DNA of 64,000 bases from Phoronis australis. Its lineage: Eukaryota; Animalia; Phoronida. Below are positions 22,787 through 36,400 of the stretch, piece after piece. The position numbers and the translations under genes were made by a program. The notes under the pieces were generated by a model that saw only the letters and a list, made by a program, of their open reading frames with translations, ran no database searches and had not been told where the DNA came from. Location of the stretch: NCBI GenBank assembly GCA_002633005.1, contig NMRA01000035.1, positions 1 through 64,000 of the forward strand, given 5' to 3'. Within the stretch, counting starts at the first letter, position 1, and each line of letters begins with the position of its first letter.

Positions 22787-23303
22787 CAACTTTAGTAATG
22801 TCCCTCCAAACTGTAAATGTGGTGACCATCAATCTTATCCTCATATTTTCTTCACTGAAATGTCCCCTCACCGAATCCCTGAGAGACTCACTCTTTCGTG
22901 CACTCAATGATAACCAATCAGTTGTTAACGCTCTCAATTCTTGTAATAATATCCCTACTAGAGTTACATTATTATTGAATGGTAGTCCTAACCTTGAGTT
23001 CGTTCTCAACGAATCCCTCCTAAGCAATGTTAGCAAATTTTTATGTACCGTTTATCAATATTGTTGCATCTGATTTCCCTACATGAATGTGTACATATTT
23101 TTGTTTTTATGTATCTGTAATAGCATGTCTAAGTATTGGAATACTTATTTTAGATACTACTTAATTGAATATACCTCTATGTATATAAGTTTCATTTATG
23201 AATTGTTTACAACCCAGATATATTGCTTCGCGGTTTCTGGGTTTGTTATTATTTCTTTGTATGTTCTATGTATCTTTCAATAAATATATATCACTTAAAA
23301 TAA
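22787..23303 (+). mobile_element. 5'-truncated CR1/L2-like LINE flanked by a ~37-bp direct repeat
   Basis: CKCG...HIFF...CP...RDSLFRAL...LLLNGSPNL...NVSKFL resembles a CR1-group ORF2 end; an AT-rich 3' UTR with AATAAA follows; flanked by AGATGGCCATCATGATTTTGCCCT..GTTATG.GTCA at 22750-22786 and 23304-23340. Confidence 0.75.
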
Positions 23304-23454
23304 AGATGGCCATCATGATTTTGCCCTGTGTTATGCGTCATGATTTTCTCGGCGTTGATGCGCAAACCAGCTTTTTAACATGGATGATACAAAAGGGACG
23401 AAACTGGATATGCTGACATTGGACATTTCGTTGTTCGCTCACTTAATACTGGTT

Positions 23455-24550
23455 TTGCAGTTAGCCAGTTGTCATCAACACAGAAAGAGGTAGTGATTAC
23501 CTGCGTCCCTAAGGGAGCAGATAAAAGTAAACATTATTTGAAAAACTGCAGACCCATATCCTTACTCAATGTGACATATAAATTGATTTCTTCGAAGTAT
23601 TTGGAAGTGTGTCATCTTTCTACATGAAAATAATTGTTGCAAGTAAGAAGGACTTTTTGAATCAACCTTAGAGGTTTAATAGTAACTTGGCGATCGGAGG
23701 CACAAGTGTTTTTTATAAGCTTTGGTTTGTAAAAGGCTTAAGATTTATTAGAGATATGTATATTTCTGATGATGATTTCGTTAGTTTGAAACATACGAAA
23801 AATACGTTTGATGTAAAAACCAACATTATAGAATATAATGGTGTTGTTTCCGTTCTAAGGTTTCAAAAAAGTCTATTTCAAAGTAAATTTAAAAGTGTTC
23901 ATGTCTACTCTCCTTGCATCTTTAGCAAACACTCACTTGCGGAAAGATTTGAAGGGTTGTAGACGTGTTTGTTCAGTCTTCAATGACGTTAAGAAACCTT
24001 CTAAGTCAGAGTGTAAATGGGAAATAGAGTTAGGAGAGTTTAGATTGGAAGAAAATATACGCATTACCTTATGAAATTAGAAAGGATCCCAACATTAGAT
24101 GGTTCCAATTTAGAATACTACACAGGATTATTGCAACAAATACCTTTTTAGTCAAAATCCGTGTTCGGGATTCTAATTTATGTTCCTTTTGTAATAAAGC
24201 TCCAGAGACGCTGTCACACCTTATTTGGGAATGTCGCCTTGTACAAGATTTCTGGAAGGAATTCGGAAAGCTAATGCAAAAGTGTCGCATTCAGCTTCCC
24301 AACAGTCTCTTACGAACGAGTTATTCTTGGACTTTACGAGACGCATGATTTTCTTTTTAACATTTTGCTTCTACTAGCCAAACAGTACATTTACAAGGAG
24401 ATGTCACAAAAATATACCAAATTTTCACAGGTTTATTATATATACTTATGAGTACTACAAAGCTGAAAAATTAATTGCACAGAAAAACTTTGTATATGAC
24501 AGCTTCTCTGCGAAATGGGAAAATTTCATTGTTCACGTTAACTACATGTA
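23455..24550 (+). mobile_element. Tx1/L1-clade LINE relic (RT fragment plus C-terminal zinc-knuckle region, internally deleted)
   Basis: VITCVPKG...YLKNCRPISLLNVTYKLIS (RT N-terminal motif), then IGGTSVFYKLWFVKGLRFIRD, IRWFQFRILHRIIATNTFL and LCSFCNKAPETLSHLIWEC (zf-RVT-like), with stops and frameshifts. Confidence 0.9.
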
Positions 24551-25509
24551 GAAGTTATTTACTTTAAACGAGATACGAGAATGGTCTCTCCTGAGGTGTG
24601 CATGCGTGAATGAATGGATGTACTTATTTGTTTGTTTTTTTGCTCTTTTATAAATGATAATAAATCCTTAAAAACATATTTATTACTGTGAAAAACAACG
24701 GATTTTGTTATTTCATTTTAATAGTAAACGTTTCAATAACGAACGTATACTTTCCGCAGACCATTCCCTCTCAACTAATTTTCAGTTATTTCGAAGTGTA
24801 AATCATTAACTTGTCAAAAAATACTAAGTCTTTAGTGGCGTCACTTTCTTTGATTGAAATGTCTCTGGACAATAGGTTCATAACGATTCTACACGACATG
24901 GTGCTTCCTAAGACCTGATTTATTTTTGCGCCAGCTGTCATATTACACTTAGTTTTAAAAGTCAAGTTTCGTGTAATACCCAAGTTTTCCTCTTTATCTA
25001 AACCAGTGAGGGCGTAATTTTTAAATGACTCGACTCCAGAAATTCGATTTCGTTCTAAGTCTCATTTGAAAAATATCGGAAGGCATTTTTTTACTGAACC
25101 TACCATCAGCATCGTCTAGAGCTGCACATGGTTCAAAATTCAACCGTGGATAAAGTTAAATTGCAATACGGTAACCTTCAATATGGTTAGTGTTGCGACT
25201 TGGAATTCAATGCCGTCAGCAACCTTATTGTTACTTGTGAATAAGCGATATGAGAATTCTCCCGTTGTAACCATTTTAAATGACTTTTAAAAGCCCATTT
25301 CGCTATATATCGGATATAATGCCTCCCACATGGCAAGATGAACACTTAATATCAACCATAGAAAATATACGAGGGGTTCTCCAACGGTTATCTTTTCTCA
25401 CCCCCCCCCCTCCGTGTTGACGTAATATGTAATGGTAAACCAGGTAAACGATCATACCAGTGTTTGGAGCAGGACAACAAGAACTTATGCGAGTGTCTAC
25501 AAGAGTGCG

Positions 25510-25846
25510 TATGGTACAGCAGGAGAATATGACATGTCCTCAGCTGCATGTGTCTACTGGAGTATTTATGGTATAGCAACTCTGGTATGACATGTCCTCA
25601 GCTGCATGTGTGTCTGCTGGAGTATTTATGGTATAGCAACTCTGGTATGACATGTCCTCAGCTGCATGAGCGTCTGCTGGAGAATTTATGGTATAGCAAC
25701 TCTGGTATGACATGTCCTCAGCTGCACTTGTGTCTGCTGGAGTACTTATGGTATAGCAACTCTGGTATAACATGTCCTCAGCTGCATGTGTGTCTGCTGG
25801 AGTACTTATGGTATAGCAACTCTGGTATGACATGTCCTCAGCTGCA
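25510..25846. repeat. 60-bp tandem repeat, about 5.5 copies
   Basis: Lines 25561-25846 repeat AGTAYTTATGGTATAGCAACTCTGGTATGACATGTCCTCAGCTGCATGTGTGTCTGCTGG with an exact 60-bp period. Confidence 0.97.
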
Positions 25847-26074
25847 AAATGAAAAAACCTGTGAAACCTTTAGAGTGCCTTGAAGACATTTAGTGTATAC
25901 AACCACAGGCACTTGAGTTCATCTGTTCCGCGATCACCACTGACAACTATTCATAAATAGTTAAGAGTCATGGGGAAATTTGTTTGCCTGTGCATAGAAC
26001 AAGAGGTTTCAGACATAACTCTCAGCAAATGGTGAAGATGAAAAAACACAAAATTTTGATACAAGTACGGCAGC

Positions 26075-26080
26075 TTTAAT
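26075..26080 (-). terminator. Probable poly(A) signal of the giant ankyrin-like gene
   Basis: ATTAAA on the minus strand followed by a T/GT-rich element (ttttgtgtttttt), about 1.15 kb after the stop at 27230. Confidence 0.45.
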
Positions 26081-27229
26081 GCAACATTCACAATTTGCAC
26101 AAGATAAACATTAAAATGATTCTAACACCATATAATAGACACTGACATTGTGAAACTGGGGAATTCTGTCATTTTCAATTTCACACACAAAAATCTATTT
26201 TTTCTTCAATTATACAAAACTTCAGGTAACTCCTACAAGTATTCCCCAGGTTCTCTGCGTCAATGACGGAAAATTGAAAATTAATAAAAAAGCAGCAATA
26301 CAAAACAAAAACCCCAAGTTACTGCAAAATACACTGGTTATACTAGAACTTGTGTCTGGGAAGTCTCTCATTCTTCATCGTAGATGCAAATTAAATTACC
26401 AACAAGCAACACACGTTTACAATTTGCCAACACTAATTAATCTCCAAAAGTAACATCCAGAACTCCTATAACCATATGCAACTACATGGCACATCAACGT
26501 ACTAGTCGTTTGCACTTGACCCATTCACTACAATATTACTACACTTAATTAAAAAGTACATTTAAGTAACCTAGTACAGATCCATATTGTATCGAATATG
26601 GAGGCCCTCTCTGTAAAAGACCACTTAAACATGTACAATGCTTATACTATAAATTCATATTGAGTACACAGTTTCAAGCGCATGTTCATTTAAATGCAAG
26701 CAATTCTTCACTGTTGGAATCACTCAGAGGCGGAATTGCAACTGATATTGATTTCCAGACAAAAGCCACAATCTAATAACTACAATGCCACTCATTCAAT
26801 ATGGAATTTAACATCAGCCTTGAGAGATATAGTATCTAAATGAAATAGGGAACAAACCCATTTCACTCAGCATCAAGAAGAACTCATTAGGAAACATCAA
26901 TTAACACCTGATTTTCCGGAATTTCTAAATGAGTGTAACCACTTCGAAACACAGAATGTACATCTCAGATGAACAAAACTCATGAACTCGTTTACCGACC
27001 ATTCTGCTGTTGTACGAAAAACAAAATTCAAAAATGACCTTACAGTGACGGCCGTCACAAAATATATCTTAATGTTCCGTTCCACAATGAACAACTACTC
27101 CAATAAATCAAAACAAACATCCTGGCGTAGATAGAATAAAATCACTACTGTTGTTCAAAGGTCTTGTATTAATCTGAATATTTTCATGTAAGTTGCCAAT
27201 CCAAACAACTCCAGTACACCAGGAGAGAT

Positions 27230-27419
27230 TCAATTATTATGGAGATCGAAATCTCCACTTCCTTCCCCGAAACTGTCCATGAGTTGTTGTAATCTTGATT
27301 GTAATTCTGGCGGTGGAGTTTTGCCATCGGTAGATATATTGGACGTCTCGCTTATTTCCGTCTTCTCCTCTCCTCCAATGAAATAAGTCTTCTTGTGAAT
27401 TTCCTTTACCATGTGGACT
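27230..27419 (-). CDS. Terminal coding exon of the giant ankyrin-like gene
   Basis: ttgtcattgtag|A GTC CAC ATG GTA AAG...; RVHMVKEIHKKTYFIGGEEKTEISETSNISTDGKTPPPELQSRLQQLMDSFGEGSGDFDLHNN*; phase 2 matches the donor of 28792-28846. Confidence 0.7.
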
Positions 27420-30400
27420 CTACAATGACAAATTTTAAACCATGACGTTCGAGACTAAGTACGAGTGACTCGGCATAACATACTTGCACGTTCTTCATTG
27501 TCACATGGGTACCTATCAGAAATGGCAAGCCCTGAAATAACAAGAATGGAATATCCACAAATTCTTTTGTATCACAATGTATTACATGAGTGCAATGATA
27601 TGTCAGACCTATCTGGTGAATATTTATATCAAGGCTTACTCTAGTTGTTAGAGGGCCATTATCGAATAAGTTACCAGGGGCGGATCCAGGATTTTGAGTT
27701 GGGGGGGGGGGGNNNNNNNNNNNNNAGGGCAGAGTACAGCCAGAATTTTTCCCGACAGACATTCGCACAACCGTATTGCCTAATGGAATCTTGGGGGGGC
27801 ATTGCCCCCTTGGCCACCCTCTAAATCCACCACTGGTTACCCCCACAATGATGTATAAAGATAAAAATACTTTGCAGTGAAAAAACGTCAGCACATGCCA
27901 ACACTAAGGTTGCTGATAGACAGACAGGCAAGATTCTTGAAGGTGATAATGGGTCAAGCATTTTTGCTCCTTTCAACTGAATATTTGAATAATACGATTT
28001 CGCGTTAATATAGCATGACGCAGCTCAAAGCTGAAACAAATACGACTGTCCGGAGGCTGAAACGATTCAATTCAACTCAGGTCCGCCAACTTTCAACAAC
28101 TCCTTCAACAAGCGACGACTATCACAGCGCACATCCAAACACGTTTTTCTGTTTTATAACTGTGGGTTATCTATTCTAATGACCATTAACATACTGTAAC
28201 TCATTTCCTAACAGAGCCCTTTGCTTTTATAGACACCTAGCTAACATGCCACCAACAAGATGCTAAGCAAAACTCTTTACACCATAGACATCGTATGTGA
28301 TGTCTATGGTTGACACACTAACATTGCCCACCCCATCAACTGAACTTTTTGGTCAAATTTATCACGAAACATACGGCAATATGAAGTTTGTTTGGAATCC
28401 ACTGACACTTTTTTCCGCGTTCTTTAACAATACGGGAAAAGGCGACTACTTTTTGACATTGAGCACTAAAATTTATGCAGTACCTAACAAAACTATGAGC
28501 CAGTAGGAATTGTATACTGCCAAAATGATATTTATTGAAACACTCTAAACTCTAACTCGACAGTGGGAACCAAACTAGCCTTCTTGATAAATGTTCACTC
28601 GGTCAAGAATAAACAGGAAAAGTTGAAGAAAATTTTTTTGAAGAAAACTGAGGAAAAGGTGAAACTAGTCACAAGGTTAGTAGGGTAAAACGCCATGTTA
28701 GTGACAGAGGCCACAAAACTTTAGTTGAACAGCTGTTCTAAGGTTACATTAACAATAACAGGGCATGCTGGCACCAACAAGTTGGCCCCACCTTGCACTG
28801 TCGTACGCTGGCTCCTTCTCCTGTTCACGTTGACATGAACTGGCAGCTAGAACAAATATTAGGTGCAAGTGTCAGCCAAGTGCATGGGGAGTAATAAAAG
28901 TTATGATCTTTGCCTCATTAATTGATTTTAAAATTGTGGTACTGAAATACGGAAGCAGGTAGTGACAAACTGAAAATTGACAGTTGTAATCTGAGAGACT
29001 CCAAGGTTAATCAGCTCAGCTTAACTGAGCAACAATAGCCACCAAATCGACTCCAGTTGACCCTACATTACAATAAAAAATACTAAGTGTAAATGCTCAA
29101 TTAATCATGCCTGTAATCAACCAACACAATGGAAATGTCACTACAATTAATCTATGGTAAGATCAAAAAAGCTAACTGGACTTCAAAATCAACAAATTTT
29201 ACTACCAATCTGTTCAGAATCCTGCATGCCACTGACCAAATTCAGATTGTGTCTATTTAAGGACACCGCAATTCAGAGAAGAAAATTGAGTTCAAAGTAT
29301 TCGCAGCCATCATATTAAAACACAGTCACAAAGACTACACTGCAGAACTCTCAATAGTCTCTGGCCAATACTGGAGAGTGAGAATTTAGGATCAGACGGT
29401 ACACTATACATAGAGAAGAAATTGACCATTTTGGAGCTTCAAATTTTGATTAATGACACCTCTATTGCTTTCAAATGGATGCTTCATGATCCAAAAAAGC
29501 TTGCACACATTACCTCAAAGGATGGCCAGTGTGGCGACAATACAGACGACCTGACGTTTTCTAGCACTAATTTTCTGGGTGCTCTCGGGACTCGAACCTG
29601 AGGACATCTGTGGACTTCCCACAAATTCACGGCAGTACAAGCCACCAAACAAGAAACAAAACAGGGTTTTGAGGAGTTGCAGACATTAACTGACAAAATA
29701 GACTGATGTGGGGGTGATTTTATTGAAAAAAAACAGCATCAGCCCAGGATTAATATTGAAAAGAGCGAGAGAATATACAAATGCTGGCAAGGGTGCAGGA
29801 GTTGGAGTCAAATGTGCGAGTCACCCGCCCATTGCCCGAGACTTGACAGGTCTGCATTGTTGACAATAACTATACCAGGTGATACCTGCCTATCAATGAA
29901 GACTAACTATCCCACAGCACATTAAGACTACAATGAGGACTCGGTGACCACTATGGTGACGCCACACTAGAGCGCAAACGTGTAAAAACACCCAGGTGAG
30001 AAGTGTGTGCAGTGTATACAACTACAACAACTGACCACGACCATTGCAGCCACAACGCCACATAATAAGTATGATGTGCCACGGTGACGACAATGGTGAT
30101 GGCCTTTGAGTGTGCAGACAGATTTAGAAATATCAGAGATGAGAAATAAGAATTCTATTAAATAATAAGTACTGTTCATGACCGGGAGCAGTAATATGTC
30201 CAGACTGGACACATCACGTCATGATTACAATGGCAACTCAATGATTGTAGTTGAAAAGTGAGTGCAGACAGGAATAAACCAGACACAAGAAATACGTTCA
30301 ATGACAAGGTACACTGTTCATGACTACATCAACTAATTCCTAATGTGACGCGATTGCTACGTGAAGATTCTCGTGGAAAACCCAAAAACAGAAAACAATC

Positions 30401-33400
30401 AGCAACAAACTGAATCAGTTTCGTTTCACAACACCACATTGAGTGAGTGCTGACACCTGTAGGAGCACCAGAGACCAGAAGAATGCACACTTTGAGTGGT
30501 CAGTACTACAACAGGGTTGGTCCCTTTACCCAGGACAAATCTACTGTAGACATTACACCACAGTGGCGACCACAACAACTCATTGCTGGCACTGATGGCA
30601 GCCAAGTACACACGCGAAAACATCAGAGACAATAGAGAAAGAAATGTGTGCACACATGCACACACGCAGCACAACACCATAGATGGAATATAACCTGTAA
30701 AGTGTTCACCACAATCCCCATCGTCATCCTCGTCTAAAGAGCCGAGCACAGAAGGTTGTACGAAGGGTGGGCCCATTTTCTGGGCTGGACGCAAGCATAA
30801 ATGCAATAAAAATAGAAGATGAAGGGTTGGTTTTAAATGAAAAGGAGAATTGGTGCAAACAAAAATGTAATCAAAAATAAGATTTTAAAATTTCGTATAA
30901 AATAAAGAAGAGGCGTAACATGAAGTAAAATTTTTATGTTAGATTCCAATTCAGAATTAAGCACCAAGCCATAACAGATATAGCATCTATTACAAAATAG
31001 CATCACGTTTAGACACGGTCTTAAATAACGTTATTCAGGATTTCGTTTTTGATCTATTTTGTTTCCAATCATGAAAATCAGTTATAATCACCGACTTATT
31101 TCTAAAGAAAATTTGATGCAGACATCGACGCAATAGGACTGGAGCATGTTTACGGTAACATTTTTACGTAGGTTCATTGGTTACATCCACCATTTGGAGA
31201 AGAAAAAAATGGGTTTGCAGGAGGAAAAGGCTTATTTAGAAGGAAACGAGTACCATGCAGTTCTGGTATGCCTGCTGACAATTCTTCGTGCTCCGTTGGG
31301 TCGTAATCAGCCTTCATGTCTTCGTCAATTGATATGTGCTTATGAAGGTGTGCAACTTTTCTCTCTGAAGAGATGGCATCAATGAATAATCAGTGTTGCT
31401 ATAGCTACCTAGAAATTCATATTACACAACAGCAAACCAATGATTTGATACAAAGGATTAAAGGGTACTGAATCCATAATGCTGCATTTAGAAAAGGCGC
31501 ATGCGGTGACAAAAATAATCAGAAATACTAGCAAACTGACTGTTTAGCTCTATGTGCAGTCAGTAGCAAAATGTAAGGACAGCTCTAACGAGGAAAACAT
31601 GACAGAGACGATGGGACAGACACGCTAATCCGAACGGCTTTCCTGGGAAGGACAGCACATAACCCCTAACATTACGACTGGAGTGTAAAAATATCAATCC
31701 ACTGGAAGTTAAACTACATCTCAAACAGCCTCAATGAAAACAGCAGAAGAGGCCAAAACAAGGCACACCTATAACAAATAAATCACAACACACAACATGC
31801 TTGTGATATTAACCTTTGGGCTTGACTCCTCCTTCAGCCATATCCAGACGGTCCTCTTCAGCTGAAAGCAATCCAAGTACTGACTTACAGTCAGGTGACT
31901 ACAAAGCCAAGATACTATCAACTCGGCATTGATTGAATTCTAGAAGCTGGTACATCAAATTACTTAAGCAGGAGTCATTAATGAATAGATGAATGAAATT
32001 CATTCATAAGAATAAATGCTAATAAATTGACAAATACAAAAGAGAACTATGAAATTCAATGCAGAGAAGACAAAGGAGGTTGTATATATTAATTTCTTCA
32101 CCACTTACTTCAATGTTCGAAATGATTTTTGGAATATTTGGGCTTAGAATAACATAGTCAATGAAACATTTTCAATTTGGTCATGTCACAATCACTTTGA
32201 ATCACTACAAGAAAAAATGAGGCCAGTGCTAGAATTTTCAATTTTCAATTTTTTCGGATGTCATAGTTTATGTCACCTATATCAAAAAAGAGTTCAAGAG
32301 CGGAAATCACAGGTAGCTGATCACACTTTATAGATAACCGAGACTTCCTAATCTCTCCATTTAGGTAAAAACAACCAAAGCACAAGCAGATTATGAATGG
32401 CACATCAAAGCAGACGGACACCTCACTACAATTGACATCTAATTGGTGGCACAGGAATAGAGCAGAAACTTGTAATCTAGCACAACAATTAAGTTTAAAG
32501 GCAAGTGTTATTTTTAATGCGTAAAGTAAAGACTGATAATTTTATATTGAAGGCGGCTATAAACATTTCTTCCTTCCATTTTAACAGGCGATCAAGAAAA
32601 ACAATTACAGAACTTCAGCAATACTCAAGTTTTGCCATTACTTTTTGGTTTACTGTACTCAACCAGATAAATGTCCAGGTTCAGTTTAATAACCACCCCG
32701 AAATTACCAAATGTTTACTTTTAAATGCCCATGACTGGCTTCAGTGGAAAACATCAATTTATCAGATCAAGACTTCCTTACAAGGGCCAGTATCGTTGTG
32801 AATGCTTGTCTCACGAGAAGTAAGCTCACAAAATGCACACAACTCGCTCACCTTGGGGTAAAAGCCAGTTTCTGCACACAGCGAAGTCAATGTGTGTGAG
32901 CTAAAATTCTCATGCGATTGACATTAACAATGACACTGGTACTTTAAATGCAGAAAATGCCCACTTTTGCAGACTGAGCGACGAACCAGCCCTTTTCGTT
33001 AAATCGTTTTCAAATAACTTTTGTGCTTGTGAGAAAATAGTGAAGGCATTTGAATGAGCAAATCAACGTTTCACGTGAAAGCACATCCAGGCTCGTCCAA
33101 AATTTCATTTTTAAACACCCATGCTGGTCTTAATGCCCATCGCAGTTTTTTAATTTAGAAGTGGCTTGGGTATTCACCAGGATGAACATGGTAATTGTTT
33201 CTTAATGACGCCAATATTCAATAATGTTGACAGGACCTTTAATGCCTTTCGATTTTAATGTATTTAATAAGAAATTAAATGCTTCTGGTCCAGATAAAAA
33301 CACCTTTACCTGTAGCCAATCCTTCAAAAAATCATTAAAGACCAGACTGCAGTTGCCAAGTTTATCATAAGAAAAACCAAAAGCAGTGCAGCAAGATCAG

Positions 33401-36400
33401 AAAAAATGGAGAAATCATGGAAGCTGGACTCGAAAAATCTCAACTTCCGTCGGACGTACTTCTATGGTGGTGATAAAGAATAATTTGCCACACAGGAAAA
33501 ATTCTGTTGGGGAAAAATGTTCCTGTGGTAGCAATGAACAATCCTAGGTTGCAATGCTAAACCTAGTCTGGGCAAAGAAAAAATCCCACGCTCCACTACT
33601 ACTACTACATCTGTGACCAGACCAAAAATGTCTAAGCCCTGTACCATCAAATCCAATGGTCACAACTGTTTGTTAATTACAGACTTGAAAATGGATACAA
33701 TAGTCCTTTCGCGAGTTAATAACAATAACACGGGATTATGTGAGACTTAACTGTGACGTCACCTGAAGTAGGGCAAAATTTTGTCGCTCGGCCATTTTGC
33801 CTGATACGGGAGCAGAGTGTAGTCTGGTCAGTTTACTTCGAGTTTTTAATCTTTTAGTATCAAAAATGCCAAACAAGCATTGCTGTTACGGCAAATGTAA
33901 TTCAGATTCGCACTACCATATGTTCCATCGCATTCTGTACTAATTTCATCTCGTTTATTTTAAACGGGCAGTAGAAAAATTCCGCTCACTGATTAAGTTT
34001 TCACCTCATCAAAAATACATTCTATCACTTAAAGAGGCGCTTATACTTCCTTCAGTGATCCTTTCTGCTTCTAAACATATCTTAGATGAAGAATATATAG
34101 CTACGAGAATTCAGGTGACTTTGGCGCAGAATTCCAATTCCATTTTTTGGTTACTGTTAACTTTTACACCGTGCGTGCGATATCCACAAAGTATTTCAAC
34201 TGAGTCAGGTGAGTACGAGGCAAAGGCTAGCGCGAGACTGAGCTCAGCGCGAGACCTGGAGCGTGACACTTGCAAAATAGCATGAGAAGATATCAAGTGA
34301 AATTTGTAAGAATTGTGCCTTTGGACTTTTTGTTCGTCAACAGGCGTGATTTCACGTAACTTCCTCAAAATGGCGCCCCGTAAAAGAAACTTGAGCGAAC
34401 CGCTAGGTTTTCATGGATATGTTTAAGTTATTTGTTGACTAAATTGTACTCAGAATCATGGTATGAGTTAATTATAACTCCATGTGCACATATGCACATT
34501 TCACTCGAGTTTATTTGCTGTATTTTGAAATGAGTAACTTTTTATGGGGATATACTATTGCCCCTGTATGCCTGCGGCATTCAGGCCTAGCCCGGGTCAA
34601 GTTCCAATTTCAGTCCGTTCACAGCCTCGCACAACATAATAAGCTCACCTTTTCTTTATCCATTCAGATATTCCACGATCCATCTACCATCTCTTAAGTT
34701 GTGTTAACGTTTTAAGCGTAAAATTCTCCATGAGAACTCCTGACCAGTAAGATTTAGCGTGTGAACGTGTATAGCAAAGACTCGAGGCAAAACAAAGGCA
34801 ATGTGGTAGGCTTTGCCCCTCTTCCGGTGACATCACATTGAAACTGGAAACTCGCAAGTGAGCTATTCATGGCCACTACACGTACAAGATCCGGCAATTA
34901 GATTTGGCAGACAGGTAACAGGATTTAGCAATGCGGCCACCCCATTGTTTCCAGCTCTTGAGAAGGGTGGGACCAATTAACATAATGAGATAATATTAAT
35001 TACCTATACCCTGTGATCTAAGTTAAGAAACTGCCCACAAAGGCAATGATTTTGGTAAGGAGAATGAAGGTCACTCCTAGATAAAAAAACTAGTCAAGAG
35101 CACTTTTCTATCTCCACATTTAATGTTAAGGCCATTTGATGCAACAATAAGTGAGAGCACCAACCACAGCGATTGTGATAGCATTTTATACACAGCAGAG
35201 TGACTGGTGCATGAGACAAATAATCTAATACTGTAAAAAGTAATACAAAATTAGCAGGCAACCACGTCTATGCACTAACATCAAATTAATAGTAAAATCA
35301 AAAGAACATGCAGAAAACAGCACAACATCAGACCTGAAAAACACAACAAAAATGAGTTAACATGACAACTCAGTATCTGAAAGTGAAGAGTAAATGAAAC
35401 AAACTAGAAACACTACAACTGCATGGAACTCAAAGACACAAACGGTGGAGAGGAGAGTGGTAGCATGCAACACTACGTGTCACAGTTAGTATACCTGGGT
35501 CAGTTTGGTAACTGATGGTGGTTGATTGACTGTGAGAAGAACTGGTAAATTCACTGGACGTCGTCAGAAATGTTTGCACTGTGGTGGTGCTGTCGGTGGT
35601 GTCAGTGCTGCTACCAGTGTTTTCTTCTTCTTCTTCCAACAAAGCTTTACGCTTCGCCTCCCGCTCGGCTTCAATCTCTGCCATGGTAAAGACTTTCTTT
35701 TTGGGCTGGTAGCGATAATCAGAAGTGTAAATGTCTTTGACGGGATAATTGTCCTCTGAATCGTACCATTCTGACGTTTCAGTGGCTTCGTAATTACCTT
35801 CTGTATCAAGGAATGGGTTGAGAGCTTTGGGGTAACTAGTTTGAGAACTGTACTGGTGCTGAACTTCAACACGCGAACTGCTCTGAGAATAGAGCATCGT
35901 CTCGGATGCATAACTTGTGTGAGTGGTCTCTTGAGTCAAGCGAGTGTCTGCTTCTGGTGATGTCATACATTCCGGCGAAGTGATTGACATGCGCTCAGGA
36001 GAAACCACAGTATCCCGTGACTGAGATGAACTACCATAGCTCCAATGCATGGAGTCAGTGGACTCTGTGAATTGGGCACCATGCCGAGAACCCAGCTTCA
36101 ATGAGTCTGTGGAAGCTTGCATGACATCATCATCATTACCTTGAAGGGAATCTGTTTCAAATTTTTCAGGCACCATTTGGTCTATTTCTAAGGAATCAGA
36201 AGAGCGTTCCATAACCCCATGGGTTGGTTCATCGAGTGAGTCAGTGCTTTTCTCCATGTAAGTACCAGTAGGCCCTTGGAGGGAATCTACTGAAGTTTCC
36301 ATGGGGTCGTGAAGCGAGTCTTTTTCAAATCGATCAGATGGAACAACTTGATCCAGTGTCGAATCCACAGACTGTATCATCAGATCAGCAGTACCACCAA

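Noticed and set aside
33310-33321. Possible 12-nt micro-exon (ttttgaag|GATTGGCTACAG|gtaaag)
   Set aside because: Phase-compatible, but the AAG acceptor is weak and such a short match cannot be told from chance without RNA data.
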